This document shows positions 1 to 11,058 of a DNA stretch of 64,000 nucleotides, in pieces (position 1 is the stretch's first letter; every line of letters starts with the position of its first letter). The DNA comes from an uncultured Chloroflexia bacterium (lineage in GTDB: Bacteria > Chloroflexota > Dehalococcoidia > UBA2979): the NCBI GenBank assembly GCA_963728205.1, contig CAVSIV010000001.1:896001-960000 (forward strand), in the 5' to 3' direction. The notes under the pieces are model-generated. The model was not told the DNA's origin. It did no database searches and was given only the letters and a program-made list of their open reading frames with translations. The translations under genes and the position numbers were made by a program.

Positions 1-878
<878 letters not shown>

Positions 879-881
879 GGC

Positions 882-1160
882 CTACTCCAGCACGCGATCT
901 TCGACCAGCGTCTCGCGGCGACAGGCAGGACAGCGCTCGGGCAGCTCCTCGCGCGGCACGATGTCGCGCAGCCCCGACACGCCGATCCAGATGTCGTCGC
1001 GGGCGCGCTCGCTGAACGGGATCGCGCCGGAGCGGCCGCGCGCGGCCGGGCGGTGCTCCTCCTCGACGCGGCGCGCGATCTCCTCCGCGCTGAGCGGGCC
1101 GGGCCGCCGCACGAGCACCTCGCGCCCGCAGTGCGAGCAGCGGTAGACCTGGACGGCCAT
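882..1160 (-). CDS. Small putative zinc-ribbon protein (92 aa)
   Basis: YRCSHCG near the N-terminus and RCPACR near the C-terminus. Fills the hemW-selB gap with 1-nt and 3-nt spacing. Confidence 0.7.
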   Translation of the reverse strand: MAVQVYRCSHCGREVLVRRPGPLSAEEIARRVEEEHRPAARGRSGAIPFSERARDDIWIGVSGLRDIVPREELPERCPACRRETLVEDRVLE

Positions 1161-1161
1161 C

Positions 1162-2439
1162 TCAGTCGCCGGCGCCGGCCGGTTCGGGCGCGGGGTCGGG
1201 GAGCAGGTCGACGAAGACCTCGTTCGCGAGCAGCAAACCGCGATCGGTGAGCCGAATGCGGCCGTCGCGCTCCTCGAGCAACCCGAGCTGGAGGTGGCGC
1301 CGCAGCGCGCCGCCGAACGCGTCGTGCGGGTCGACGCCCCACTGCGCGGCGAATGCCGCGCGGTCAACGCCGTCGAGCAGCCGCAGCCCGAGGATCATCG
1401 CGTCCGCGATCAGGGTCGGTGCGTCGGGCGTCTCGCCGCCGGCGATCTGCAGCATCGACGTGTGTCCGCTGCGCCGGCGCTCCTCCCATGCGCGGCCGAT
1501 CGCGTCGACATAACGGTTCGGCGCGTCGAGGTCGGCGAAGCGCTGCCCCAGGAAGAAGGAGTGTGCCCCGGCGCCGAACCCGAGGTAGGGCGCGGCGCGC
1601 CAGTAGACGAGGTTGTGCCGGCACGCGCGCCGCGGCTTCGCCCAGTTCGAGATCTCGTACTGCTCGTAGCCGGCCGCGGCGAGGCGGCGGCGTGTCCACT
1701 CGTACTGATCGGCCGCGACGTCGGGGTCGGGCTCCGGGAGCTGGCCCTTCTGCACGCGGTAGTAGAGCGCGGTGCCGGGCTCGACGGTCAGCGCGTAGCA
1801 GGAGAGGTGCTCCGGCTCGAGCCGCAGCACGCGCTCGACGGTCTGCTGCCAGCGCTCGAGCGGCTGGCCGATCAGCCCGAAGATGAGGTCGAGGTTGAGG
1901 TTGTCGAAGCCGGCCGCGCGCGCGTCGGCGACGGCCTGCTCCACGCGCTCGGGGGTGTGCGCCCGCTCCAGCAGCTCCAGCTCGTCGGCGTGCATGGACT
2001 GCACGCCCATCGACAGGCGGTTGATGCCGAGCGCGCGCATGCCCGCGAGGTGCTCGCGCGTGAGCTCGGTGGGGTTCGCTTCGAGCGTCCACTCGGCGTC
2101 GGAGGCGACGCGGTAGTGCGCGCGCACGGCGCTCGTGATCGCCTCGAGGTCGGCGAGCGACGTGAGGCTCGGCGTGCCGCCGCCGAAGAACACGGTCTCG
2201 ACGTGGTACGCGGCCGCGGCGGGCGACCACATCTCGATCTCGTGGCAGAGCGCGGGGGTGTAGTCCGGCACGAGGTGGTCGAGGTGCTCGTACGAGTTGA
2301 AGTCGCAGTAGCCGCACTTCGCGGTGCAGAACGGGATGTGCAGGTAGAGCGAGAGCGCGGGGTCGCCGGCGGGTGCTGCGTCGCGGGGCGTCGTGCCGGG
2401 CAGCGCGGCCGCCGGCGTGGCGGGCGTGAGGTTGGTCAC
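1162..2439 (-). CDS. hemW: Radical SAM heme chaperone HemW (HemN-like)
   Basis: LYLHIPFCTAKCGYCDF (CxxxCxxC), FFGGGTPS, YEISNW, HNLVYW. GTG start approximate. Confidence 0.9.
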   Translation of the reverse strand: MTNLTPATPAAALPGTTPRDAAPAGDPALSLYLHIPFCTAKCGYCDFNSYEHLDHLVPDYTPALCHEIEMWSPAAAAYHVETVFFGGGTPSLTSLADLEAITSAVRAHYRVASDAEWTLEANPTELTREHLAGMRALGINRLSMGVQSMHADELELLERAHTPERVEQAVADARAAGFDNLNLDLIFGLIGQPLERWQQTVERVLRLEPEHLSCYALTVEPGTALYYRVQKGQLPEPDPDVAADQYEWTRRRLAAAGYEQYEISNWAKPRRACRHNLVYWRAAPYLGFGAGAHSFFLGQRFADLDAPNRYVDAIGRAWEERRRSGHTSMLQIAGGETPDAPTLIADAMILGLRLLDGVDRAAFAAQWGVDPHDAFGGALRRHLQLGLLEERDGRIRLTDRGLLLANEVFVDLLPDPAPEPAGAGD

Positions 2440-2558
2440 GGGGCTCGGTCCACCTTCCGCCGGCCAGCGTACCAGCCGCCCCACGCGCGGGCGACGCGGG
2501 GCGCGGCGCACCGGGACGTCGTGGGGACGCCCGCCCGCCGCGGCCGTAGGATGCGGCG

Positions 2559-3821
2559 GTGGACCAGTCCTCGCTCCACGACGCGCTCGACCGCTGGCTC
2601 GCGGCCGGCCTGATCGACCCGGCCCAGGCCGAGGGGATTGCCGCGCACGAAGCAGCCCTCGCGCCGCTCGACTCGCCGGCGGTCGCGCACCCCGAGCGCG
2701 CGCGCATCGACGTCGGCGCCGTGCTCGCGTACGCGGGGACGCTCGTCGCGCTGGCCGCCGTGTTCGCGCTCTACGTCACCGTGTTCCAGGACTACACCGA
2801 GCGCGCGCGCATCGCGCTCATGTTCGCGGTCGCGGCCGGTGCCGCCGTGCTCGCCTTCGGCGCGTCGCGCTTCCGCGCCGGCGAGTCGCTGGCCGACGCG
2901 CTCGGCCTCGCGACGACGCTGATCGCGGCGTGGGCGACGGGGGAGCTGTTCCGCGCGACGGGCTGGCTGGGCGACCTGCCGCGGCAGGTCGCGCCGGGGT
3001 ACGGGCGGGCGGTGGGCGAGCTGAGGGGGGCGCTGCTCGGCATCGGGCTCGTCGGCACGGTGGTCGGCTACGCCGCCGCGCGCGGCTTGCGGTCGCCGCT
3101 CTCCGCGGCGGCGTCCGCGGTCGGGCTCGCGTGGGCGGCCGGCGTGACGGTGTGGTGGCTCGCCGACCCCGGCGCGGCGGCGCCCGGGATCCCCGGCGGG
3201 CAGGCGATCGTGATCGTCGGCGACGCGCTCGCGCTGGCGACGCTCGTGCCGGGCGTCGTCGGCCTGCGCGATCGCGGTCGCTTCTGGTGGCAGCTCGGCG
3301 CGCTCGGCGCGGCGAACGTGGCGGCGTTCGCGCTCGCCGTCTCGAGCGGCGGCATCTACGAGGGGCTGCTGCTGGCATACGCGATCGGCCTCGCCGCGGT
3401 CGCGATCCTGCGCGGGGGACGGCTGTTCCTCGTCGCCGGGGCGGTCGCGCTCTACGAGTACGTCGGCGTCGTCATCTTCCGCACCTTCCAGGGCGCGGTG
3501 GCGGCGATCGTCGTGCTCGCGCTGGTCGGGCTCGGCACGGCGTTCGCCGGCGGCTTCGGCCAGCGCGTCGGGTTTGCGTGGCTCTGGCGCTGGACCGCCC
3601 CGCGTCGCCCGCGCCCTCCGGCGCCGGAGGCGTCGCAGGAGCCGGAGGAGCCGCCGCGGGACGCTACGCTGTCGCCCGAGAACGAGCCGTTCGACGACGG
3701 CGGCGAAGACGCGGACGAGGATCGCGAGGCGAGCGAGGCCGTCCCGGACGCCGCTCCGCCGTCGGTCGCCGCGCCCGGCGGTGGTGCGGCGCACGCGGAG
3801 GAGGAGACCGAATGGCACTGA
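2559..3821 (+). CDS. Multi-pass membrane protein (DUF2157-like N-terminus) with acidic C-terminal tail
   Basis: LDRWLAAGLIDPAQAEGI N-terminal motif followed by many hydrophobic segments. Confidence 0.7.
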   Translation: MDQSSLHDALDRWLAAGLIDPAQAEGIAAHEAALAPLDSPAVAHPERARIDVGAVLAYAGTLVALAAVFALYVTVFQDYTERARIALMFAVAAGAAVLAFGASRFRAGESLADALGLATTLIAAWATGELFRATGWLGDLPRQVAPGYGRAVGELRGALLGIGLVGTVVGYAAARGLRSPLSAAASAVGLAWAAGVTVWWLADPGAAAPGIPGGQAIVIVGDALALATLVPGVVGLRDRGRFWWQLGALGAANVAAFALAVSSGGIYEGLLLAYAIGLAAVAILRGGRLFLVAGAVALYEYVGVVIFRTFQGAVAAIVVLALVGLGTAFAGGFGQRVGFAWLWRWTAPRRPRPPAPEASQEPEEPPRDATLSPENEPFDDGGEDADEDREASEAVPDAAPPSVAAPGGGAAHAEEETEWH

Positions 3822-4213
3822 CGCCCGAACAGGACACCTATCTGCGCGAGCACCGCCAGGCGGTGCTCGGCACGGGCCGACGCGACGGCTCCCCGCAGCT
3901 GTCGACCATCATGTACGACTACGACGGCGACGACGTCGCGATCTCCGTGACGAGCGACCGCGCGAAGTGGAAGAACGCGGTGCGGCAGCCGAAGGTCGCG
4001 CTGCTCGTGCCGGACGGCCGGCGTCAGCTCATCGTCTACGGCACCGCCCGAGCGGTCGACGACCTGCCCGGCATCGTCGCCGGCCACCGCCGCATCCGCG
4101 CGGCGATGGGCCGCCCGTCGGACGCGAGCGACGAGGATCTCGGGCGTGAGCTCGCGGAGCAGCAGCGCGTGATCCTCGCGATCACCCCGGAGCGCGCGTT
4201 CATGAACGACTGA
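3812..4213 (+). CDS. PPOX-class putative F420-dependent oxidoreductase
   Basis: AVLGTGRRDGSPQLS...AKWKNAVRQPKVAL...RVILAITPER; SD GGAGGAG upstream. Confidence 0.8.
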   Translation: MALTPEQDTYLREHRQAVLGTGRRDGSPQLSTIMYDYDGDDVAISVTSDRAKWKNAVRQPKVALLVPDGRRQLIVYGTARAVDDLPGIVAGHRRIRAAMGRPSDASDEDLGRELAEQQRVILAITPERAFMND

Positions 4214-4214
4214 C

Positions 4215-5079
4215 ATGGCCCGCTTCGAGCGGCGCCTGGTCAAGGTCCTGAGCGCCGCGTGCGTGATGCTCGCCGCGATCGCCGTGCCAGCGACGCATGC
4301 GCGCGCTGATAGCGGCGACTGGCAGCTCGACGTCGATCCCGCGGTCGGACGCTGCGATGGTCCGCTCACCTTCGCCGGTTACGGCTTCCCGCCCGGCGCG
4401 GACGTACTGGTGTTTCGGTTCGACGGCTACGAGCGCACGCCTCTGGCGGGTGTGCGCTCCGACGCGAGCGGGACGTTCTCGACGGTGGTGGCGAACGCAT
4501 TCCCGGCGCAGTGCAGCAGCCTGGTATTCGGTGCTCGCGCGATCAACGCGCCGCGGGACCAAGGGGGGCGGTCAGGCCCTGGTGGAGTACACGCTCCTCA
4601 CCGCGCAGCAGCTTTCGGTCGCGCCGATCGGTGATGGATGTACGCGGGCGCGATTGTCCGGAGCGGGCTTCGCCGGTGCGCGCCAGGTCGAGATCCTTCA
4701 GGGGCATGCCGGACCGCTTGGGGACTCGTATGCCGGGGTCGGGGTCGCGGACGTGGATGTGTCGGGTGCGTTCTCCATCGTCGTGCCGACGCTGCTGCGT
4801 TCGCCGTGTGCGCCCGGTACCCGGATTGGTTACTACGTGCTGGCGTATGCGAACTCACCCTCGCCCGATGCGCCCGTGCTCTTCCCGCGCAAGAAGGTCG
4901 TCTACACCGTCGGCATGCGCGCCGCGTCGACGGGGAACGCAGGGCTGGCCGCGCGCACGAGCCGCGCGAGCGCGTGGCGGTGGGCACTGTCGAGCGCCGC
5001 GCTGGCGCTCGTCGCGCTCGGCCGCGCGGCCGTCACCCGCATGGCGCGGCGGCGCGGCGTGGGGCCGCCCGCTACGTGA
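4215..5079 (+). pseudogene. Secreted, C-terminally anchored surface protein split by a frameshift in a G6 run (4563-4568)
   Basis: Signal peptide lies in frame 4215; second repeat, STGNAG motif, TM helix and Arg-rich tail lie in the frame ending 5079. Removing one G joins them (DQGGGQALVEYT). Confidence 0.65.
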
Positions 5080-5179
5080 TCGCTTTCTTCCACGCCTGCG
5101 CCTCGCGCCGAAGGACGCGCCGCTCCTACCTCGTGTCCGCGGCGCGTGCGACACTCGGCAACCGAAGGAGCGACCGCCC

Positions 5180-7033
5180 ATGTTGAAGACCCACGGCTGC
5201 GGTGAGCTGCGCGTCGAGCACGCCGGGCAGCAGGTGACGCTGGCCGGCTGGGTGCACCGGCGCCGCGATCACGGCGGCCTCGTCTTCGTCGATCTCCGCG
5301 ACTCCACCGGCCTCGTCCAGGTCGTCTTCCATCCCGAGCAGGCCGAGGCGATGACCGTCGCCTCCGAGGTGCGGGCCGAGTACGTCATCCGCGTCGCGGG
5401 GCGCGTCGAGCCGCGCCGCCCCGGCACCGAGAACGCCGACCTGCCGACCGGCGCCGTCGAGGTCGAGGTCGCCACCGCCGAGGTGCTCAACCCGTCGGAG
5501 ACGCCGCCGTTCCCCATCAACCAGGACACCGACCCCGGCGAGTTCACGCGCATGCGCTACCGCTACCTCGACCTGCGCCGCGAGCGCATGGCGCGCAACC
5601 TGCGGCTGCGCCACCGCGTCGTGAAGTACATCCGCGACTTCATGGACGAGCGCGGCTTCCTCGAGGTGGAGACGCCGGTGCTCGGCCTCGCCACGCCCGA
5701 GGGCGCGCGCGACTACCTCGTGCCGAGCCGCGTCCACCCCGGCGCGTTCTACGCGCTGCCCCAGTCGCCCCAGCAGTGGAAGCAGCTGCTGATGGTCGCC
5801 GGCGTCGACCGCTACTTTCAGATCGCCCGCTGCTACCGCGACGAGGACCTGCGCGGCGACCGCCAGCCGGAGTTCACGCAGCTCGATCTCGAGATGGCCT
5901 TCGTCGAGGAGGAGGACATCCTCCAGCTGATCGAGGAGCTCTACGCCGGCATGGCGCAGGAGCTGGCGCCCGACCGCGCCATCCCCGTGCCGTTCCCGCG
6001 CATCACCTACGCGGAGGCGATGGAGCGCTACGGCAGCGACAAGCCCGACCTGCGCTACGGCGTCGAGATCGCCGACCTCACCAACCACGTGCGGGCGTCC
6101 GAGTTCCGCGTCTTCGCCGACGCCATCGCGGCGGGCGGCCGCGTGCGCGCGATCGCGGTGCCCGGCGGCGCGTCCTTCGCGCGGCGCGAGGTGGACCGCC
6201 TCACGGACCTGGCGCGCGAGGCCGGCGCGAAGGGGCTCGTGTGGGTGCAGTACGTCGGTGACGACGGCCCGCTCGACGGGCTCACGGCCGACGACGTGAA
6301 GTCGCCGGTGAACCGCTTCTTCACGCCCGAGCAGCTGGGCGAGCTCGGCATCTCGTGCGGGGCGCGCCGCGGCGACATGCTGCTGATCGCCGCCGACCGC
6401 GACCTCGTGACGTCGCGCGTGCTCGATGTGCTGCGCCGCCAGGTCGCCGAGGAGTTGCACCTCGCCGACGAGAGCGCGCTGGCGTTCGCGTTCATCACCG
6501 AGTTCCCGATGTTCGAGTGGGACGAGACCGAGGAGCGCTGGAGCGCGGTGCACCACCTCTTCACCGCGCCGTTCACCGAGGACTTCGACCTGATCGAGAC
6601 CGACCCCGGCGCGGTCCGCTCGCGCGCCTACGACATCATCTGCAACGGCCAGGAGATCGCCTCGGGCTCCATCCGTATGCACCGGCCCGACATGCTGATG
6701 CGCGTGCTGCGCCGGCTCGGCATGACGATGGAGGAGGCGAAGCTGCGCTTCGGCCACATGCTCGAGGCGTTCACCTACGGCGCGCCGCCGCACGGTGGCA
6801 TCGCGCCCGGCATCGACCGCACGGTCGCGCTCTTCGCCGGCGAGCGGGACATTCGCGAGGTGATCGCCTTCCCGAAGACGAAGTCCGCCGCCGACGCCAT
6901 GACGGGGGCGCCGGCGCCGGTGACGCCCGCGCAGCTGCGCGAGGTGCACATCGAGCTCGACGCGGTGGCGCGCGAGGCGCTCGCGGCGGAGGCCGCGGGC
7001 GCGGCCGCCGGGACGGGCGCGGATGCGTCGTGA
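5180..7033 (+). CDS. aspS: Aspartate--tRNA ligase, probably non-discriminating
   Basis: GWVHRRRDHGG, YRYLDLR, TPEGARDYLVPSR, RQPEFTQLD, GAPPHGGIAPGIDR. His in RRRDHG is the non-discriminating signature; gatB is in the window. Confidence 0.97.
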   Translation: MLKTHGCGELRVEHAGQQVTLAGWVHRRRDHGGLVFVDLRDSTGLVQVVFHPEQAEAMTVASEVRAEYVIRVAGRVEPRRPGTENADLPTGAVEVEVATAEVLNPSETPPFPINQDTDPGEFTRMRYRYLDLRRERMARNLRLRHRVVKYIRDFMDERGFLEVETPVLGLATPEGARDYLVPSRVHPGAFYALPQSPQQWKQLLMVAGVDRYFQIARCYRDEDLRGDRQPEFTQLDLEMAFVEEEDILQLIEELYAGMAQELAPDRAIPVPFPRITYAEAMERYGSDKPDLRYGVEIADLTNHVRASEFRVFADAIAAGGRVRAIAVPGGASFARREVDRLTDLAREAGAKGLVWVQYVGDDGPLDGLTADDVKSPVNRFFTPEQLGELGISCGARRGDMLLIAADRDLVTSRVLDVLRRQVAEELHLADESALAFAFITEFPMFEWDETEERWSAVHHLFTAPFTEDFDLIETDPGAVRSRAYDIICNGQEIASGSIRMHRPDMLMRVLRRLGMTMEEAKLRFGHMLEAFTYGAPPHGGIAPGIDRTVALFAGERDIREVIAFPKTKSAADAMTGAPAPVTPAQLREVHIELDAVAREALAAEAAGAAAGTGADAS

Positions 7034-7076
7034 GCGCGAGCCGGGCCCGTGCGTCCGCGCGGCGACGTCATTCGCA

Positions 7077-7151
7077 AGCGGCGGCAGACATGCCGCCGAC
7101 AGGTCGCGGCCGGGAGGCCGCGAAGGCGTCGGCGGCATGTCTGCCGCCGCT
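7077..7151. repeat. REPIN-like doublet, family B
   Basis: Perfect 24-bp inverted repeat AGCGGCGGCAGACATGCCGCCGAC / GTCGGCGGCATGTCTGCCGCCGCT. Confidence 0.85.
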
Positions 7152-7255
7152 GTGGGCGCCCACTTCGGCCGCGGGCTTGTATGATTGCGCCTCCGACGTA
7201 CGGTCGGCCCCGTCGCACCCGGGTTCTGCCCACCGCAGTTAGAGGAGCCGACTGA

Positions 7256-8935
7256 ATGCGCGGTTCGAACCGCACGCTGGCCATCCTGCTCGGGGTGCTC
7301 GCCGTCCTGGTGCTCGTCGTCGGCGGGCTCTCGGCCGTGCTGCTTGCCTCCGGCAAGGGGGGCGCGGGCGGCACGTCGAGCACGAGCGGCGGCGGCATCA
7401 CCACCGGCGCGTCCGGCGGCAGCTCGGGCGGCGGCGGATCCTCGGCGGGCGTGCTGCGCCTGGCCGGGACCGACCCCGTCACGCTCGACCCGGCGCTTGC
7501 CAGCGACGCCGGCTCCGCCGAGTACGTCGAGGAAATCTTCGGCGGGTTGATGACGATCAACCCGCAGCTCCAGATCGTCCCGGACATCGCGCAGAAGTAC
7601 GACGTCTCCGACGGCGGGACCGTCTACACGTTCCACCTGCGCGACAACGTGACCTTCCACAGCGGCCGGCCGGTCACCGCGCAGGACGTCGCCTACTCGA
7701 TCAAGCGCGCCGCGTCGCCGGACCTCGCGTCGCCGCTCGCGCTCTCCTACCTCGGCGACATCCAGGGCGTGCACGACTACTTCGCCGGCACGGCGAAGGA
7801 CATCAGCGGCATGAAGGTCGTCGACGACCACACGATCCAGTTCACGCTCGACGCGCCGAAGCCGTACTTCCTCGCGAAGCTGACCTACCCGACCGCGTAC
7901 GTGGTCGATCAGCAGCAGATCGAGGCGAACCCGCGCAACTGGACGCGCCAGCCGAACGGCACGGGCCCCTACAAGCTCAAGGAGTGGCGGCTCGGCGAGC
8001 GCATCGTGCTCGTGGCGAACATGAGCTACCACCTCGGCGCGCCGCACATCCAGGAGGTCGACTACCTCCTGTCCGGCGGCTCGGCGCTGACGCGCTTCGA
8101 GAATGGCGAGCTCGACGTCGCGCCGATCACCGTCAACGACATCGACCGCGCGCGGGACCCGAACAGCTCGCTGCACGCGCTGTACCACAGCTCGACGGAG
8201 TTCTCGGTGTTCTACATCGCCTTCAACACGAGCAAGCCGCCGTTCGACGACGTCAACGTGCGCAAGGCGATGGCGATGGCGATCGACCGCAAGAAGATCG
8301 CCGAGGTGACCTTCAACAACATGCTGGTCCCGGCGACCGGGATCATGCCGCCGCAGCTGCCGGGCTACACATCGACCGACAAGACGTACCCGTACGACCC
8401 GGCGGGCGCGAAGGCCGCGCTGGCCGCATCGAAGTACGGCTCGGCCGACAAGCTGCCGCCGATCACGATGACCGAGGTGGGCGGCGGCGCGCAGGCCGGC
8501 GTGGACACGCAGGCGTTCGTCGAGCAGTGGAAGCAGAACCTCGGCATCAACGTCGAGATCCAGCAGACGGACTTCGCGACGTTCCTCTCGCAGCAGGACG
8601 CGGGCCAGCTCCAGATGTTCAACGGCGGCTGGATCATGGACTACCCGGACCCCGAGGACATCCTCGATCTCAAGTTCCACTCCGGGTCGAAGCTCAACGA
8701 TGTCGGCTACTCGAACCCGCAGGTGGACAAGCTGCTCGACCAGGCCCGCACCGAGGCGGACTCGTCGCAGCGCCTCCAGCTCTACCAGCAGGCGGAGGAT
8801 CTGATCATCAAGGACGCGGCCTGGATTCCGCTCTACTTCCCGGAGGACCACTACGTGGTGGCGTCGCGGGTGCAGGGCTGGTTCCAGCCGCCGATGGTGA
8901 TCCCGCGGCTGCGGTTCGTGTCGCTCGCGAAGTAG
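7256..8935 (+). CDS. oppA: Peptide/nickel ABC transporter substrate-binding protein (family 5)
   Basis: N-terminal TM anchor, TLDPA, YTFHLRDNVTFHSG, NGTGPY, PPFDDVNVRKAM, WIMDYPDP. Confidence 0.9.
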   Translation: MRGSNRTLAILLGVLAVLVLVVGGLSAVLLASGKGGAGGTSSTSGGGITTGASGGSSGGGGSSAGVLRLAGTDPVTLDPALASDAGSAEYVEEIFGGLMTINPQLQIVPDIAQKYDVSDGGTVYTFHLRDNVTFHSGRPVTAQDVAYSIKRAASPDLASPLALSYLGDIQGVHDYFAGTAKDISGMKVVDDHTIQFTLDAPKPYFLAKLTYPTAYVVDQQQIEANPRNWTRQPNGTGPYKLKEWRLGERIVLVANMSYHLGAPHIQEVDYLLSGGSALTRFENGELDVAPITVNDIDRARDPNSSLHALYHSSTEFSVFYIAFNTSKPPFDDVNVRKAMAMAIDRKKIAEVTFNNMLVPATGIMPPQLPGYTSTDKTYPYDPAGAKAALAASKYGSADKLPPITMTEVGGGAQAGVDTQAFVEQWKQNLGINVEIQQTDFATFLSQQDAGQLQMFNGGWIMDYPDPEDILDLKFHSGSKLNDVGYSNPQVDKLLDQARTEADSSQRLQLYQQAEDLIIKDAAWIPLYFPEDHYVVASRVQGWFQPPMVIPRLRFVSLAK

Positions 8936-8973
8936 CGTCCGCGCGTCGCGAGAGTTGAGCGGGGGAGCGCGCG

Positions 8974-9957
8974 ATGGGCCCCTACGTCGTCAGGCGCCTG
9001 CTGTGGCTGCCCGTGATCCTGGTCGCGGTCTCATTCATGACCTTCGCGGTCGCACGCTTCGGCCCGGGTGACCCGGTCTCGGTCGCGGCCGGCCAGTACC
9101 GCGACCCCGTCGTGCTCGCGCAGGTTCGCGCGAAGTGGGGGCTCGACGATCCGCTGCCGGTCCAGTACTGGCGCTGGGCGACGAACGCGGTGCACGGCGA
9201 CTTCGGCGACTCGTTCATCCAGCGCGGGTTCACGGTCTCCGAGCTGATCTTCCCGAAGATGTGGGTATCGGCGCAGCTCGGGCTCATCGCGCTGGTGATC
9301 GTGTTCGTCGTGGGGCTGCCGCTGGGCCTGCTCGCGGCGCGGCTCAACGGGACGTGGATCGACCCCTTCATCGTGAGCGCGCTCCTCTTCCTGCAGGCGA
9401 TCCCGGTGCTCGTGCTGATCCCGCCGCTGCTCTGGATCTTCGCCGTGAAGCTCAACGTCCTGCCGGTCGGCGGGTGGGGGAACCTCGTCAACATCACGTG
9501 GATCGGCGGAGTGATCGCCGTGCCGCTGCCGGACCCGCACCTGTACCTGCCGCTGCTCGCCTACTCGGTGGGCGGCTTCGCCGGCGTGGCACGCCTGATG
9601 CGCTTCACGGCGCTCGAGGTGATGCGCGAGGACTACGTGCGCACCGCCCGCGCCAAGGGCCTCGGTGAGTGGGCGGTGCTCTTCCGCCACGTCTTCCGCA
9701 ACTCGCTGCTCCCGATCGTGACCGAGGTCGGCCTGGCGCTCGCCGGCATCGTCGAGGGCGCGTTCTTCGTCGAGGTACTGCTCGGCATCCCCGGCATCGG
9801 GAGCTTCCTCTTCGAGGCGGTGAAGAGCCGCGACTACAACACGATCATGGCGACGACCGTGATCTTCGCGACGCTGTTCGTGATCGCGAACCTGCTCGCC
9901 GAGCTGGCCTACGCGCTGATCGACCCGCGTGTGCGCCTCGGGGCATCCCGCGGATGA
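8974..9957 (+). CDS. oppB: Peptide ABC transporter permease (OppB/DppB type)
   Basis: GLDDPLPVQY, EDYVRTARAKGL, GIPGIG, SRDY. Confidence 0.9.
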   Translation: MGPYVVRRLLWLPVILVAVSFMTFAVARFGPGDPVSVAAGQYRDPVVLAQVRAKWGLDDPLPVQYWRWATNAVHGDFGDSFIQRGFTVSELIFPKMWVSAQLGLIALVIVFVVGLPLGLLAARLNGTWIDPFIVSALLFLQAIPVLVLIPPLLWIFAVKLNVLPVGGWGNLVNITWIGGVIAVPLPDPHLYLPLLAYSVGGFAGVARLMRFTALEVMREDYVRTARAKGLGEWAVLFRHVFRNSLLPIVTEVGLALAGIVEGAFFVEVLLGIPGIGSFLFEAVKSRDYNTIMATTVIFATLFVIANLLAELAYALIDPRVRLGASRG

Positions 9958-10916
9958 CGGCGGCGACGGCCGAGGTCGACCGCGCGGAGCACGTCGAGGA
10001 GGGCGAGGGCCAGTGGACGATCTACTGGCGCCGCCTGCGCCAGAAGAAGCTCGCGATGATCGCGCTCGGCATCGTCGTCGTGATCTACGGCGCGGGCCTC
10101 TTCGCGCCGCTCGTCGCGCCCTACAGCTACACGACGCAGAACCTCGACCGGAAGTACGAAGGCCCGAGTCGCGACCACCTGCTGGGGACCGATCAGCTCG
10201 GGCGCGACATGTTCAGCCGCACGATCTACTCGGCGCGCACGACGATGATCGTGACGCTCTCCGTGCTGGTCACCGGCTCGCTCGTGATCGGCAACGCGCT
10301 GGGGATCCTCGCGGGCTACCGCGGCGGCTGGATCGACAACGTCGTGATGCGCGTGGGGGAGGTGTTCTCGTCGCTGCCCGGGCTCGTGATGCTGATCCTG
10401 ATCAACGCGACGCTGGCGCCCCGGGCCGACCAGGTGGCGCGCTGGCTGCAGGATCATACGTTCCTCACCGGGCTGGTCACGTCCGGGTTCCCGTCGTACC
10501 TCGTGGTGTTCGGGGGGATGTCGGTCTTCTTCTGGGTCGGCACCTCGCGCCTGATCCGCTCGCAGGTGCTGCAGATCCGCGAGCGCGACTACATCACGGC
10601 CGCGGAGTCGCTGGGGGCGACCCAGTGGGAGGTGATGTGGCGGCACCTGCTGCCGAACGTATCGTTCCTGATCGTGCTCGAGGTCTCGAGCACGCTCGCC
10701 ACCGTCGCCGGCTCCGAGATCTTCCTCACGTGGTTCGGCGTCGGCGTCCAGCCGCCGACCCCGTCGTTCGGGTCGATGCTGTTCGACGGCTCGTTCCCGC
10801 GAACGTTCCAGGCGCACCCGCACCTGCTGCTCGTGCCCGGCGTGGTCGTCTCGCTGCTGCTGTACGCGTTCGTGCTGCTCGGCGACGGCCTGAACGATGC
10901 CATCGCGGGCCGCTGA
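9954..10916 (+). CDS. oppC: Peptide ABC transporter permease (OppC/DppC type)
   Basis: HLLGTDQLGRDMFSR, DYITAAESLGA, RHLLPN, LLGDGLND; ATGA overlap with oppB. Confidence 0.9.
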   Translation: MTAATAEVDRAEHVEEGEGQWTIYWRRLRQKKLAMIALGIVVVIYGAGLFAPLVAPYSYTTQNLDRKYEGPSRDHLLGTDQLGRDMFSRTIYSARTTMIVTLSVLVTGSLVIGNALGILAGYRGGWIDNVVMRVGEVFSSLPGLVMLILINATLAPRADQVARWLQDHTFLTGLVTSGFPSYLVVFGGMSVFFWVGTSRLIRSQVLQIRERDYITAAESLGATQWEVMWRHLLPNVSFLIVLEVSSTLATVAGSEIFLTWFGVGVQPPTPSFGSMLFDGSFPRTFQAHPHLLLVPGVVVSLLLYAFVLLGDGLNDAIAGR

Positions 10917-11058
10917 TCTCGCGCGTTCGAGCGGCTCCGGGTTCCCCCCGAGGCGGCCGCTCCGGCCTTCTCTGCTATACTCGCTCTGCGAAGTGATCAG
11001 ATGTGGCGGCCGCCCCTCCGGCCGCCTCCATGCGCGCGTTTGCTAGAAGGTGCACGAC

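Noticed and set aside
5080-5179. T-box leader upstream of aspS
   Set aside because: Only ~100 nt available and no T-box consensus or terminator seen.
5126-8851. Very long antisense or alternate-frame ORFs (e.g. 5126-8851, 45184-48912, 35012-37933)
   Set aside because: Shadow frames of real genes, expected in very GC-rich DNA; Arg/Ala/Pro-rich with no family motifs.
10917-11058. tRNA gene upstream of tig
   Set aside because: GTTCGA here belongs to a degenerate family A repeat; no cloverleaf could be built.
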